A stretch of 64,000 nucleotides of DNA, taken from assembly GCA_963833985.1 (NCBI GenBank), contig CAWIAD010000001.1, forward strand, positions 1,856,001-1,920,000, in the 5' to 3' direction. The notes beneath the pieces were generated by a model. That model was given only the letters and a program-made list of their open reading frames with translations, was not told the DNA's origin and did not search any database. Within the stretch, counting starts at the first letter, position 1. Every line of letters starts with the position of its first letter. Positions 9,957-20,232 of the stretch are shown in pieces. This DNA is from an uncultured Planctomycetaceae bacterium (GTDB taxonomy: Bacteria; Planctomycetota; Planctomycetia; Isosphaerales; Isosphaeraceae). The position numbers and the translations under genes are program-made.

Positions 9957-11645
9957 ATGCCCGTGCCCGATCCTGAAACGATTCCCTGGGTGACCGGACT
10001 GACCATTCCGCGCGTCCTGGAGAAGACCGCCGCCGAGCATCCCGACCGCGATGCCGTGGTCTTTCCGTCCCTCGGCCTGCGCTGGTCCTGGCACGAGTTG
10101 CACAGCCGCGTCGAGCGGGTGGCGCGGGCGCTCATCGCCCTGGGCGTTCAGCCCGGTGAGCATGTGGGCATCTGGTCGATGAACGCACCGGAGTGGATCG
10201 TGATCCAGTGCGCGGCCGCGGCCGCCGGCGCGGTGCTGGTGAACGTCAACCCCGCGTATCGCGTGTTCGAGCTGGAGGACGCCTTGCGGCTGGCCGACGT
10301 GGCCACGCTGGTGGTGGGCAGGCCGTTCAAGAGCTCGGATTTCGTGGCGATGGTGCACTCCGTCTGTCCCGAGGCGGCCGAGGCGGCCGACCGCTCCTGG
10401 TCGTGCGGGCGCCTGCCCCGGCTGGCGCGCCTGATTGCCCTGGCAGATCGGCCAGCGCCCGGCTGGCTCACCTGGAACGGCCTGGAATCCGGGCCCATGG
10501 CCTCGCGTGAGGCGCTCCAGGACCGCCAGGCGAGACAGACCTCCGGCGATGTGGCGAACCTGCAATTCACCTCCGGCACGACCGGGTTGCCCAAGGGGGC
10601 GATGCTCACGCACGCCAACCTGCTGCTCAACGCGTATCACGTGGGATCGCGGTTGCGGTACACGGCCGACGATCGCGTGTGCGTGCCAGTGCCGTTCTAC
10701 CACTGTTTCGGCTGCGTGCTGGGCAACCTGGTCTGCGCCCTCTACGGCGCAACGATCGTCGTCCCCGCGCCGGCCTTCGACCCCGGCGCCACGCTCGCGG
10801 CCATGGAGGCGGAACGCTGCACCTCGGTCTACGGCGTGCCGACGATGTTCGTGGGCATGCTCGATCACCCCAGCTTCGCCAAGCGCAACCTGGATAGCGT
10901 GCGCACGGGGATCATGTCCGGCGCACCCTGTCCGCTGCCACTCATGCAGCGGGTCGTGCGCGAGCTGCACTCGCGGGAGATCTGCATTGGCTACGGCCAG
11001 ACCGAGGCCTCACCCATCATCACCTTCACCTCGGCCGACGACCCGCTGGAGGTGCGCTGCGGTACGGTCGGCCGGCCGATTCCCGGGGTCGAGGTGAAGC
11101 TGGTTGATCCGGCGAGCCGGGCCGACATGCCCCCGGACCAGCCTGGCGAGCTCGCCGTGCGGGGCCACGACGTGATGGCCGGCTATTACAAGAACCCCGA
11201 GGCGACCGCGCGCGCGATCGACCGCGACGGCTGGCTCTACACCGGTGACCTGGCCCTCCGCCGCGGCGACGGCAACTATCGCATCGTCGGGCGCTGCAAG
11301 GAGCAGATCAACCGGGGCGGGGAGAAGATTCCGCCGGCCGAGGTCGAGGAGTTCCTGCATCACCACCCCGACATTGCCGATGTGGCCGTGGTCGGGCTGC
11401 CTGACGCCCGGTTCGGCGAGATCGTGGCCGCCTGGATCGTCCCGCGCGACGGCGCAGAGCTCACGGCCGGGGCCGTCCAGGAGTTCTGCCGCGGCAAGAT
11501 CACGCACTTCAAGATTCCGCAGCACATCGCGATCGTTTCGGCCCTTCCCCGCACCGTCACCGGCAAGGTGCGCAAGCACATCCTCAAGGAACAGGCCATC
11601 GCCGAGCTGGGACTCGGCGACGTGGCCCGGATCGAGACGGCTTGA
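9957..11645 (+). CDS. AMP-binding acyl-CoA synthetase
   Basis: QFTSGTTGLPKG, YGQTE, GWLYTGD, PRTVTGKVRK. Confidence 0.93.
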   Translation: MPVPDPETIPWVTGLTIPRVLEKTAAEHPDRDAVVFPSLGLRWSWHELHSRVERVARALIALGVQPGEHVGIWSMNAPEWIVIQCAAAAAGAVLVNVNPAYRVFELEDALRLADVATLVVGRPFKSSDFVAMVHSVCPEAAEAADRSWSCGRLPRLARLIALADRPAPGWLTWNGLESGPMASREALQDRQARQTSGDVANLQFTSGTTGLPKGAMLTHANLLLNAYHVGSRLRYTADDRVCVPVPFYHCFGCVLGNLVCALYGATIVVPAPAFDPGATLAAMEAERCTSVYGVPTMFVGMLDHPSFAKRNLDSVRTGIMSGAPCPLPLMQRVVRELHSREICIGYGQTEASPIITFTSADDPLEVRCGTVGRPIPGVEVKLVDPASRADMPPDQPGELAVRGHDVMAGYYKNPEATARAIDRDGWLYTGDLALRRGDGNYRIVGRCKEQINRGGEKIPPAEVEEFLHHHPDIADVAVVGLPDARFGEIVAAWIVPRDGAELTAGAVQEFCRGKITHFKIPQHIAIVSALPRTVTGKVRKHILKEQAIAELGLGDVARIETA

Positions 11646-11761
11646 TCGAAAACCCCCTTACGGCGCACCAGAGATCAAAAGCGAGGCAATTTCTTCACAC
11701 ACTTGTATCCAGGCATCTGGTGAATTAGGATAGAGGTGTATGAAGGAAGGAGGGTGTCGCC

Positions 11762-11986
11762 ATGAGGACCATCTGCCTGAGCGAGGAAGCCATTGCCTTG
11801 CTGGAGAACCTCGATGCTCCGTTCGAGGTCTGCGACGAGTCGGGCCATCTGATTGGTCTGTTCAACCCCGAGCCGCGGCCGAGCGAGCTTTTGCCCGTCA
11901 GCGCACCGGTCGTGGAGGTTCTCGTCCATGCCGAGGACCTGGGTCCGGAGATGTGCGTGTACGGCTTCGAGGCCGACCTGGAATGA
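11762..11986 (+). CDS. Small hypothetical protein (74 aa), antitoxin-like N-terminus
   Basis: Strong AGGAAGGAGG RBS; EVCDESGHLIGLFNP motif; acidic. Confidence 0.55.
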   Translation: MRTICLSEEAIALLENLDAPFEVCDESGHLIGLFNPEPRPSELLPVSAPVVEVLVHAEDLGPEMCVYGFEADLE

Positions 11987-12034
11987 CCTGGCCGGCAAGA
12001 TCGTGACGACGATACTGGGGATGGCGTAGGCAGG

Positions 12035-14403
12035 TCACTGCGTCCGGGGGCCGGCGGAAGAGGCCGCCAGTCCCGGCTTCAAGGCGCTGGACCTTCTCTT
12101 TTCCAGGGACAGCGCCTCCACTTCGGCCTTCAGGGCCTTGACACGCGCGGTCGCCGCGTCGGCGGAGCCTCGTCCGCCGGCCAGTGCCTTCTCGGCGGCG
12201 GCCTTCAAGGCCAAGGCCTGGTCCACGTTTTTCTTCAGGTTCGCCAGCCCGGTGGCCGCGGCCTGCGCGGTCGTCCTCGCCGTAGCGAGGGCCTTCTCCC
12301 CCGCAAGCTGCTCTGTCTCGGCCCTCTTGACAGAGTCGCTTGCGGCGGGGATCGCCAGCGCCAGGGCCCGGCACCGAAGGGCTGCCGTCGCCGCGGTCCG
12401 CGGCGCCGCCGCCCGGACGGCCTGCGCATGGGCCAGTGCGCCTTGTGCGCCGCTCTGACGCGAGCTTGCGGCTGCAACCGCGCGGACCAGATCGAGCGAT
12501 CGCTCGGTCTGCGCCGCCAGCGCGGTGGCGGCTCGCGCCATCTCCTCGGGCGACCTGGCGGCCTTCAAAGCGGTGGCTGCGGCCGCCAGCGCAGGGTCGT
12601 GCGCCTGCTGCTCGGCAAGTGCCTTCCCGGCAGCCGCCTGTGCCGCCACCACGGCCTCCGCGGCCGCCTTCTCGGCAGCCGCCGAGTCCGGGACGGCCTT
12701 TTCGGCCGCGGCACGCGCCGCCTGCGATTCTTTGACAAGCTGCTCCGCGGCTTGCAGCGTGCCACGGGATTCCACCGCGGCTGCGCTCTTGCTGCTGAGC
12801 ACTTGCTCGGCCTCGTGCACCTGCACGCTCAGCTTCGCCACCTTCTGCTGGTCCGCAGCCAGTATTTGCCGGGCCTGCGCCTCGGCCGCGGCCGCCCCGG
12901 ACACGGCCGCTTGCAGCGGTGCCAGTTGACCGGAGAGCGAATCGGCCTGGGCCTGAGCCGTCGTTAGCGCCGCACGCACGCGCTCAAGCCGGACGGCGAT
13001 GGGTGCGGGGTTGACGGCGAGGTTCGCCAGCCGCTTGCCGTCCTTCGTGTCCCAGACGCGGATCTCGCCCGACCAGTCCGCAGCCACGATTTCCGATTCG
13101 TCGTGCGTGAAGACGGCCTCCAGGGCGACGTCGCCGAACGCCTCGAGCTCGCGCTGCTTCGACCCGTTCGCGTCCCAGACGCGAACCATCCGGTCGCGGC
13201 CGGCGGACACGAGGCGTCCGTCCTTCGCGAACCGGACGGACTCGGTGCCGCCTCCGTGAGCACTGATGGCCTTGATGCTGTTGCCGTTTTCCATTTCCCA
13301 GAGCCGGACCGACCCGTCCTCGCTCGCGGAGGCGACGACGTTGGAATCGAGCCGCCAGGAGAGGTCGGTGATGGCCGCGGTGTGCCCGCGCAGCTCGAAG
13401 AACTCGCGCCGGTCTGCGCTTCCCAGACTTCCAGACCGCTGTTGCGGTCCCCCGTGGCCAGCAGCACGCCATCGGGGCTGAACTCGACGGCGGTGATCCA
13501 GTCGGTGTGCTTCTTCATCTCGAACTGGAGCGTGCCGTCGGCCGTGTTGTACACCCGCACCACCTTGCTGGGCCCGCCCAGGGCCACCTGGCCGTGGTCC
13601 GGGCTGATGTCGGCGGCCAGCACGGCGTCATATTCCTTGCCGATCTCGAAGACGCGCTGGCCGGTCTTCACGTTGAAGGCCACGGCCAGGCCGGACTGTC
13701 CGCCGCGGCCGCCGCCGGCCAGCAGCAGGTCGCCGTTGCGGCTGAAGCGCAGGACGTGAATGAACCCTTCGGGGAAGGGGAAAACGCCCATGAGATGATG
13801 GTCGGTCGTCCGGTACAGCAGCACCTGCTTGTGTCCGCCGACCGCGACCAAGGGCGCCCACGGGCTTGCGGCCATGGCCACGACGGCCCCTGGCCGAGCC
13901 TCGGGAACGAACGGCTCGGTGGAGACGTTCTCGGGCATGGCCGCCGGGCCCGACGGCTTGCCCAGCGCGGAGGGATCGAGCTTGAACTCGAACTTCGGCC
14001 TGGCCTTGACCGCCGCGGTCGAGCCGGAGGTCTCCAGCGCTCCCCCTTCGATCCACTTGCGGATCAGCTCGATCTCGGCGTCGGGAATCTTCGCCGAGTT
14101 GGGGGGCATCTTGGGCTCTTCCTTGTGGCTGATCACGCCCAGCAGCGAGCTTCCCTCGGAGTCCCCCGGTTCGATCACCTTGCCCGAGCCGCCACCTTGA
14201 ATGGCCGCGCCGTAGTTGTCCAGGTTCAGCCCTCCCTTCGCCTTGTCCGGGTTGTGGCAGCTTCCGCAGCGACTGCGAAAGATCCCCGAAACGTGATCGG
14301 CAAAGGTCACTTTTTCCTTGGCCTTGGCGTCCTCGGCACGGCCGCACGGGGGGATGGTCATCCCGCAGCAGGCGAGAGCCAGGACGATCAGCTTGGTACG
14401 CAT
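12035..14403 (-). CDS. Secreted planctomycete cytochrome c domain + WD40 repeats + Ala-rich coiled-coil protein; frameshift near 13408
   Basis: Signal peptide, CGSCH heme motif, MPP...IRKWI, WD repeats. ORFs 12964-14403 and 12035-13294 join. Confidence 0.85.
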
Positions 14404-14475
14404 GGGGTTACCCTGGAGTGGCGGGTGGCGGGTGGCCGGTCCGGGTGAGTCACGAGTGGCCGGTGGTTTGTGGGA

Positions 14476-16977
14476 TCAATGGTTGAAGAGAAATTCGCGG
14501 CTGTTCAGGAGTGCCCAGAAGAGATCTTCCTGTGCCTGGGCCTTCTCGGCATCGCTACCCTGCGTCAGGGAGGGCAGGAGCTTGTCGACCTCTTCCCTGG
14601 CGGGCTTGCGGGCGAGGCAGCGGATGTAGAGGTCGGTGAGCCGCTCCTCGGGCGTCTGCTTGCTCTTTTGCAGCTTGCCGATCACGCCTCCCTCCTTGAT
14701 CTTGGCACTCACGGTGTCTCCGTTGAGCAGGTGGAGCGCCTGCGAGAGCGTGGGCTCCATCTTCACCTCGCACGAGCAGGGCGTCTCACGCGTGGCCCGG
14801 CCGAACGTGGTCAGGAAGTACGTCGAGCTCTGTCCGTCGGCGATCTGCACGGCCCGGGCGCCCTTTGGCAGGCCCTGGAACTTGTCCTTCGTTTCGGTCA
14901 CCAGGCTGATCGTGTCGAGCAGGTTCTCGGCCTTGATGCGCCGCACCAGCGCGTGCGCGAAGTTTCGCTCGTCGCCGGCGTTGCTGTCGTTCCGCGTGGT
15001 GGTGCGCTGGTAGGTCCGCGAGTTGCAGATGTCGCGCACCAGGGCCTTGAGATTGTACTTGGTGTCGGTGAAGTGCTTGCCCAGGGCTTCGAGCAGCTCG
15101 GGGTTGGTCGCCGGGTTGCTGACCCGGAAGTCGTCCACCGGCTCGACGATCCCGACGCCCATGAAGTGGGCCCACACGCGATTGGCGAACGAGGACGCAA
15201 ACCAGGGGTTCTGCGGCGAGGCCAGCCATTTCGCCAGCACGACGCGGCGATCCTTTCCCTTCACGTCGGGCGCCTCGCCGCCCAGGAACTTGGGTGCCAT
15301 CTGGCGCCCGCCCACCGGATGGCTCACCTCGCCGCCGCCGGAGTTGAAGACGATGGTCTCGCGATAGTCCTCCGCCCCCTTGCGGCCAATCTGGGCAAAG
15401 AACGCCGCGAACCCGTAGTAATCGTCCTGGGTCCAGCGGTCGAACGGGTGGTTGTGGCACTGGGCGCACTGGATGCGCATGCCCATGAACACCTGCGCCA
15501 CGTTCTCCGTCAAGGGGAGCGTCTCGGTGGTCGTCTGGTAGAAGTTGGTGGCCGGGTTCTTGAAGGTGCCTCCGCTGGCACCCAGAAGCTCCTGCACCAT
15601 CTCGTCCATCGGCATGTTCTTCGACAACCGCTCGACCAGCCAGTTGTAGTACAGGAACATCGACTTGTAACTGACCGTGATCGTCGAGCGGATCTGCAAG
15701 AGCTCGGCCCACTGGCTGACCCAGATCTCCGAGAACTCCTTGCGCTCCAGCAGCTCGTCGACCAGCTTCGAGCGCTTCGCCGCGTCGCGAGACGCCATGA
15801 AGCGGTTGTACTCCTCGACCGTGGGCGTAAGACCGATGATGTCGAGAAAGACCCGGCGCAGGAACGTCGCGTCGTCGCAGATGCCCGACGGCGCGATCCG
15901 CAGCTTGCGGAGTTTTTCGCCGACCAGCCGGTCGATGTAAGACTCTTCCGGCTCTGGCGGGTAGGCGAACCTGAGCCCCTGGGGCAGCACGATGAACTGC
16001 GATCCCACGGTGAAGGTGGCGAACCGGGCCATCACGAACGCTTCGCCGCGGTCGCCGGCCGTGACCAAGCCGTCGGGAGTGACGGCGGCCGAGCTGTCGT
16101 TGTTCGTCAGGAAGACCGCCAGGGACGTCACGTCGCGATCGGTGCCGTCGGAGTATCGCGCCCGCACGGTCATTTGCTGGGTGGCCCCTGTGCCGTCGAG
16201 GACTGCCGAGCGGGGGTACAGGTCCAGTCCGATGGGCCTGGGCAGCTTGCTCAGGTCGTCGTTGGGCGCGCCGGCCTCGATCCAGCGGCGGAGCGTTTCG
16301 TAGAGCTCGCTGGCGGGCTCGAAGCGCTTGCCGCCGGTGTGCTGCACGGCGCCGATGGATTTCTCCAGCAGCGTGCTGTCGGTGGGGACGGCCAGGTTGA
16401 TGCGCCGGCCGACCAGCTCCCGCGTGAGCCGGTAATGGTCGCCCTCGGGGTCGAAGCCGAAGAGTGAGATCCGGAAGCCGTCCTTGCCGCGCGCCGCCCC
16501 GTGGCAGCTCCCCGTGTTGCAGCCCGCCCGCATGAACACGGGCATCACGTCGAGCCGGAAGCTCAGCGCCGGCTGCAACCCCGCCTGCGCCACCTGCACG
16601 GGAATGCGCGCCGCCTGGCCGCCGAAACGGACCATGAGCGTGCTCGTCCCGTCCGCCAGAGGGTGGAACGTCGCGCCCTGGCGCTTCAGCAGGGCCGGAT
16701 TCGCCACCTGCATCTCTGCCTGGCCCGTCACGTCGCGAGTCAGGCCGTCGGCGTAAGTAGCCTGGACGACGATCGACTGCCGGTCGCGTGCGGTGGCCAG
16801 GCGAATGGCATCGGGATAGACCTCGATCCGCACCAGCCCGGCCGTGGGCGCCGGCGCCGTGCGCCGGGCAGGGGCCGCGGCTGGCTTCTGGTCCGCGGCA
16901 CGGCTGGGCGGTCTGGCCATCACGAGCAAGGAGCCTGCCAGCAGGGCGGCCGTGATCGGCGTGGTCGGTCTGCTCAT
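14476..16977 (-). CDS. DUF1549/DUF1553 domain protein with Ig-like (Big_2) domains
   Basis: CNTGSCHG, FLRRVFLDIIG, CAQCHNHPFD, ANRVWAHFMGVGIVEPVDD, WALLNSREFLFNH. Confidence 0.9.
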   Translation of the reverse strand: MSRPTTPITAALLAGSLLVMARPPSRAADQKPAAAPARRTAPAPTAGLVRIEVYPDAIRLATARDRQSIVVQATYADGLTRDVTGQAEMQVANPALLKRQGATFHPLADGTSTLMVRFGGQAARIPVQVAQAGLQPALSFRLDVMPVFMRAGCNTGSCHGAARGKDGFRISLFGFDPEGDHYRLTRELVGRRINLAVPTDSTLLEKSIGAVQHTGGKRFEPASELYETLRRWIEAGAPNDDLSKLPRPIGLDLYPRSAVLDGTGATQQMTVRARYSDGTDRDVTSLAVFLTNNDSSAAVTPDGLVTAGDRGEAFVMARFATFTVGSQFIVLPQGLRFAYPPEPEESYIDRLVGEKLRKLRIAPSGICDDATFLRRVFLDIIGLTPTVEEYNRFMASRDAAKRSKLVDELLERKEFSEIWVSQWAELLQIRSTITVSYKSMFLYYNWLVERLSKNMPMDEMVQELLGASGGTFKNPATNFYQTTTETLPLTENVAQVFMGMRIQCAQCHNHPFDRWTQDDYYGFAAFFAQIGRKGAEDYRETIVFNSGGGEVSHPVGGRQMAPKFLGGEAPDVKGKDRRVVLAKWLASPQNPWFASSFANRVWAHFMGVGIVEPVDDFRVSNPATNPELLEALGKHFTDTKYNLKALVRDICNSRTYQRTTTRNDSNAGDERNFAHALVRRIKAENLLDTISLVTETKDKFQGLPKGARAVQIADGQSSTYFLTTFGRATRETPCSCEVKMEPTLSQALHLLNGDTVSAKIKEGGVIGKLQKSKQTPEERLTDLYIRCLARKPAREEVDKLLPSLTQGSDAEKAQAQEDLFWALLNSREFLFNH

Positions 16978-17039
16978 CACGAGGAGTCCTTCATGGAGAG
17001 TATCGATCCCGTGGCGTTCGGAACAGGAGCCGGCGCGGT

Positions 17040-19499
17040 TCATCGGGAAGCTGCGGCCTGGTTGCGCTGCTTGTTTTCGAGGCGCAGCTTCTCGAGCCGG
17101 CCCAGGGGTTTCGCGGCAGGCGCCGCGGCCGGTGGCGGCGCGGCCGGGGCGGCGGACGCGGCTTTCGCCGGGGCCGGTCTGGGCGGCAGGGGGACGTCGA
17201 TCCGCAGCGTCCCGGTTCCAATGTTATGGAGGATCGGTTCGCCGTTCTGGGTGACGACCACCTGGCAGAAGAGGGTGGCGTGGTTGCCGGCCGGCGAGGC
17301 CTTGTCGGTCTTCAGGTGGAAGACCAGGTCGGTCGTGTCCTTGTTGATCTTCTTGACCTCCGTGCCAACCTTGTTCGGCAGGCCCAGCAGCGTCACCGAT
17401 GCCTCTCCGGGGAACTCGACATTCCTGGCAACCTTGACGGCCATGTCGGTCTCCTTGCCCTGCTCCACGCTGGCCGCGGCGAACGTCAGCCCGAGCAAGG
17501 GCGCGGCGATGGTCAGGTTTGCCAGTTGCGACGAGACCATGATCGGGCCGCTGGGAACGCCCGATGCGCCGTTGACCACGATCTTCCAGGTGCGCAGCTC
17601 GGCCCCGCCGTCGGCGTTCATGGGAATGACCGCCTCGTTCTGGCCCTCGGGAATGGCAATGCCCCCCGCCGAGCCCACCCCGGGTGGGTTCCAGGGCAAG
17701 TAAATCGAGATCGCGGCCTTGAAACCCGGTTTGCGGAGCGCGCGGACCCTGAGGTTCATTGATCCGCCCCGCACCAGCGGCACCTTCGGCTCGACGATCT
17801 CGATGGAGTAGGGGCACTCCTCGGTGACGGCGGCCGCCAGCCGGTCGACCGTGCGCGACCAGACGATCACGTTGTTCTGCCCCAGCACGAGTGCCGCGGT
17901 GCTGCCGAAGGTGCAGGGCACCTTGAGTTTGCCGTCGGCCGGCTGGCCGCTCAGGCTGGCCAGTGCAGCGCCCAGGGGAGCGTCCGCCCTGGCCGTGAAG
18001 AGCACCGGCACCACGGCCTGGCTGGCTGCCAGCACCGGTGCGTCCATGGCCATTCCCGGGGGCAGTCCCTGAACGTCCAGCTTCAGATCACCGCCGAAGT
18101 CGCTGCGCGAACCCTGGATCAGGACCGCCTGGCGGTTGCCGCGCGGCACGCTCGCGGCCATCACCCCGGTGCCCAGGGGGATCTGCTCGGCGCTCGTGGA
18201 GAGTGCCAGGCTGGGGGCGACGGGGCTGACCTCGATGCGGTACACGTAGTCCGCACCCCCCTTGCCCAGGTGATCCACCACCCACACCACGTACTCGGCG
18301 TCCTCCGGGCAGGTGAATCGGAAATAGCTGTCGGGTGGCACGCTGTCATCGTCGCCCACCGCGGCCCCGGCGCCCTTCCTGCCCAGGAACATGACCGAGT
18401 CGATGGGCGAGCGGATCTGCCGTCCGAAGAGCCGGAAATCCAGTGTCTGGCCCTTCTTGCCGGCGAAGACGTAATGGTCGACATCGCCGGGCTTGCCGAT
18501 CACGCCGTTCACGGCCGCGGGCGGCGTGAAGGGCGTGGCGTGCGTCTGGTCGTCGTTCGGCTCGGCTTCCAGGACATTGGGAAAGCTGTTGAGCCGGAAG
18601 CGGTTGGGGAACGGGGACTCGCCCCTGGCATCGCGGTGGTAGAGGCCGAAGTCCGGGAACCCGGCCGCCGGCAGCGTGACCTCGGTGCGGCTCGCGCCGC
18701 CGGGATCGCCAATCCAGCTCACCGCCAGCTTCTCGCCCGGCCGGCCGCCCGCCGGCAAGAGACCGGTGCGGCGCGGGAAGTTCCCCACGTGCAGCCGGTA
18801 CAGACACGAGGCGTTGCCGGCATAGGCACTTTCGTGGACCTGGATGATGTACTTGCCGTCCTCCGGAGCCAGGATCGAGGCGAAGCCGTCCTGCCAGATG
18901 AGCGCGGCGTCGTCGCTCGAGGCCAGCTCGAAACGCTTGGTGTTCAGAATGCCCACGTACGGGTCGAAGAGCGCGATCCCCAGCCGCATCCCCTCCACCT
19001 CGGCCGTGATCCGATCGCCTTTGCGGGCGTCCACGACGTAATAATCAACATCTTCATTGTCGGCCACGCCCGTCACCGTGACGTTCATGGGGATGGCCTG
19101 CGGCGCGTTGAAATCGTTGTTGGGCTCGACCTCGGAGACGTCCTTGAGGGCTCCAATGCTGAGGGTCCGCAGCTCGCTGATCCCGGAAGCCGTCCGCACC
19201 CTCACGTCGTGCAGTCCCAGGGGTGCGTCGGCGGCGATCTTCAGCTTCGCCTTCACCACGTTGTCGTCCACGCGCTTCAGTGCCAGGGTCGTGACCCCGG
19301 GCTGGTAAAAGAGGATCTCCTGCGCATCGCCCAGCCGCGCTCCCGAGAGCGTCACCTCGGCCTCGGTGCCGCGCTGGACTCCGGGCGGGCGGATCGCGGT
19401 CAGGCTGGGCGTGGCCGCGCAAGCCAGGCCCGCACACGTAAACAAGGTGCCAAGCACGATGAGTAACGGTCTCAAGCGGTGGGTTCTTGGAGCGGGCAT
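17040..19499 (-). CDS. Secreted PPC (pre-peptidase C-terminal) repeat protein
   Basis: Signal peptide, repeated E-x-EPN-N/D and DVD-x-Y motifs; typical position in DUF1501 clusters. Confidence 0.82.
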   Translation of the reverse strand: MPAPRTHRLRPLLIVLGTLFTCAGLACAATPSLTAIRPPGVQRGTEAEVTLSGARLGDAQEILFYQPGVTTLALKRVDDNVVKAKLKIAADAPLGLHDVRVRTASGISELRTLSIGALKDVSEVEPNNDFNAPQAIPMNVTVTGVADNEDVDYYVVDARKGDRITAEVEGMRLGIALFDPYVGILNTKRFELASSDDAALIWQDGFASILAPEDGKYIIQVHESAYAGNASCLYRLHVGNFPRRTGLLPAGGRPGEKLAVSWIGDPGGASRTEVTLPAAGFPDFGLYHRDARGESPFPNRFRLNSFPNVLEAEPNDDQTHATPFTPPAAVNGVIGKPGDVDHYVFAGKKGQTLDFRLFGRQIRSPIDSVMFLGRKGAGAAVGDDDSVPPDSYFRFTCPEDAEYVVWVVDHLGKGGADYVYRIEVSPVAPSLALSTSAEQIPLGTGVMAASVPRGNRQAVLIQGSRSDFGGDLKLDVQGLPPGMAMDAPVLAASQAVVPVLFTARADAPLGAALASLSGQPADGKLKVPCTFGSTAALVLGQNNVIVWSRTVDRLAAAVTEECPYSIEIVEPKVPLVRGGSMNLRVRALRKPGFKAAISIYLPWNPPGVGSAGGIAIPEGQNEAVIPMNADGGAELRTWKIVVNGASGVPSGPIMVSSQLANLTIAAPLLGLTFAAASVEQGKETDMAVKVARNVEFPGEASVTLLGLPNKVGTEVKKINKDTTDLVFHLKTDKASPAGNHATLFCQVVVTQNGEPILHNIGTGTLRIDVPLPPRPAPAKAASAAPAAPPPAAAPAAKPLGRLEKLRLENKQRNQAAASR

Positions 19500-19534
19500 G
19501 GCCAGAAGTCTCAAAGGGGGGTGGCCGGCCGGTC

Positions 19535-20152
19535 TCAGGCAAGCCAGTGCAGGTCCTTGCGGGTGTGGCGGACTTCGATGCGGGGACGCCGTGCACCCGG
19601 GACCAGGCGAAAGTCCAGCGGGAACAGGGCGCTTTGCAGGCGGACAGACGGCTCCGCGACCTCGGACTTGCCCGCCAACCGCCACTCCTGGCCGCTTCGC
19701 TGATGCAGTTCCAGCGACCACGGGCGACGCGTGACGAGCAATAGCTCGTGCACCAGGACGCGGGCGTAAAAGCCGAATTTCTCGCGGCAGCGATCAAACG
19801 GGCTCTCGACCTCGACGACGAGGTCCGGCCCGCCATACCAGTGGCTGCCGCGGTCCTCGGCCGGATTGCCGGGCAGGAACACCGCGACATCGGGACAGCG
19901 GTAGTTGCGACGCCAGCGCTGGGATCGGCTGCTCACGTTGCAGCCGGGGAAGACCTGGACGGCCGGATCATCACCCAGGGCCAAACGGATGGCCATCGCC
20001 AGCTCCAGCGAAAGCTGCTGATGCTCGTTGTCCGCCAGCGGAGACATCACGTAGACTCCGTCCCACACCTCATCGTGGCGATCGCCGCCGGACTGCCGGC
20101 GGTCGCGGAGGAAGTGGGCGAGATCCACGGGGTTCACACTCACGAGCGCCAT
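19535..20152 (-). CDS. Uma2/DUF820 family putative PD-(D/E)xK endonuclease
   Basis: DEVWDGVYVMSP, HQ, CPDVAV, PDLVVEVESP, K..FYA. Confidence 0.85.
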   Translation of the reverse strand: MALVSVNPVDLAHFLRDRRQSGGDRHDEVWDGVYVMSPLADNEHQQLSLELAMAIRLALGDDPAVQVFPGCNVSSRSQRWRRNYRCPDVAVFLPGNPAEDRGSHWYGGPDLVVEVESPFDRCREKFGFYARVLVHELLLVTRRPWSLELHQRSGQEWRLAGKSEVAEPSVRLQSALFPLDFRLVPGARRPRIEVRHTRKDLHWLA

Positions 20153-20232
20153 GCAGCAGATGCTCCCGCTGGAGGCGGGGGAGCGGCCACCGCCTCCATT
20201 CCACACACCATTGCCGCTCCTTGCGGCTGCCG

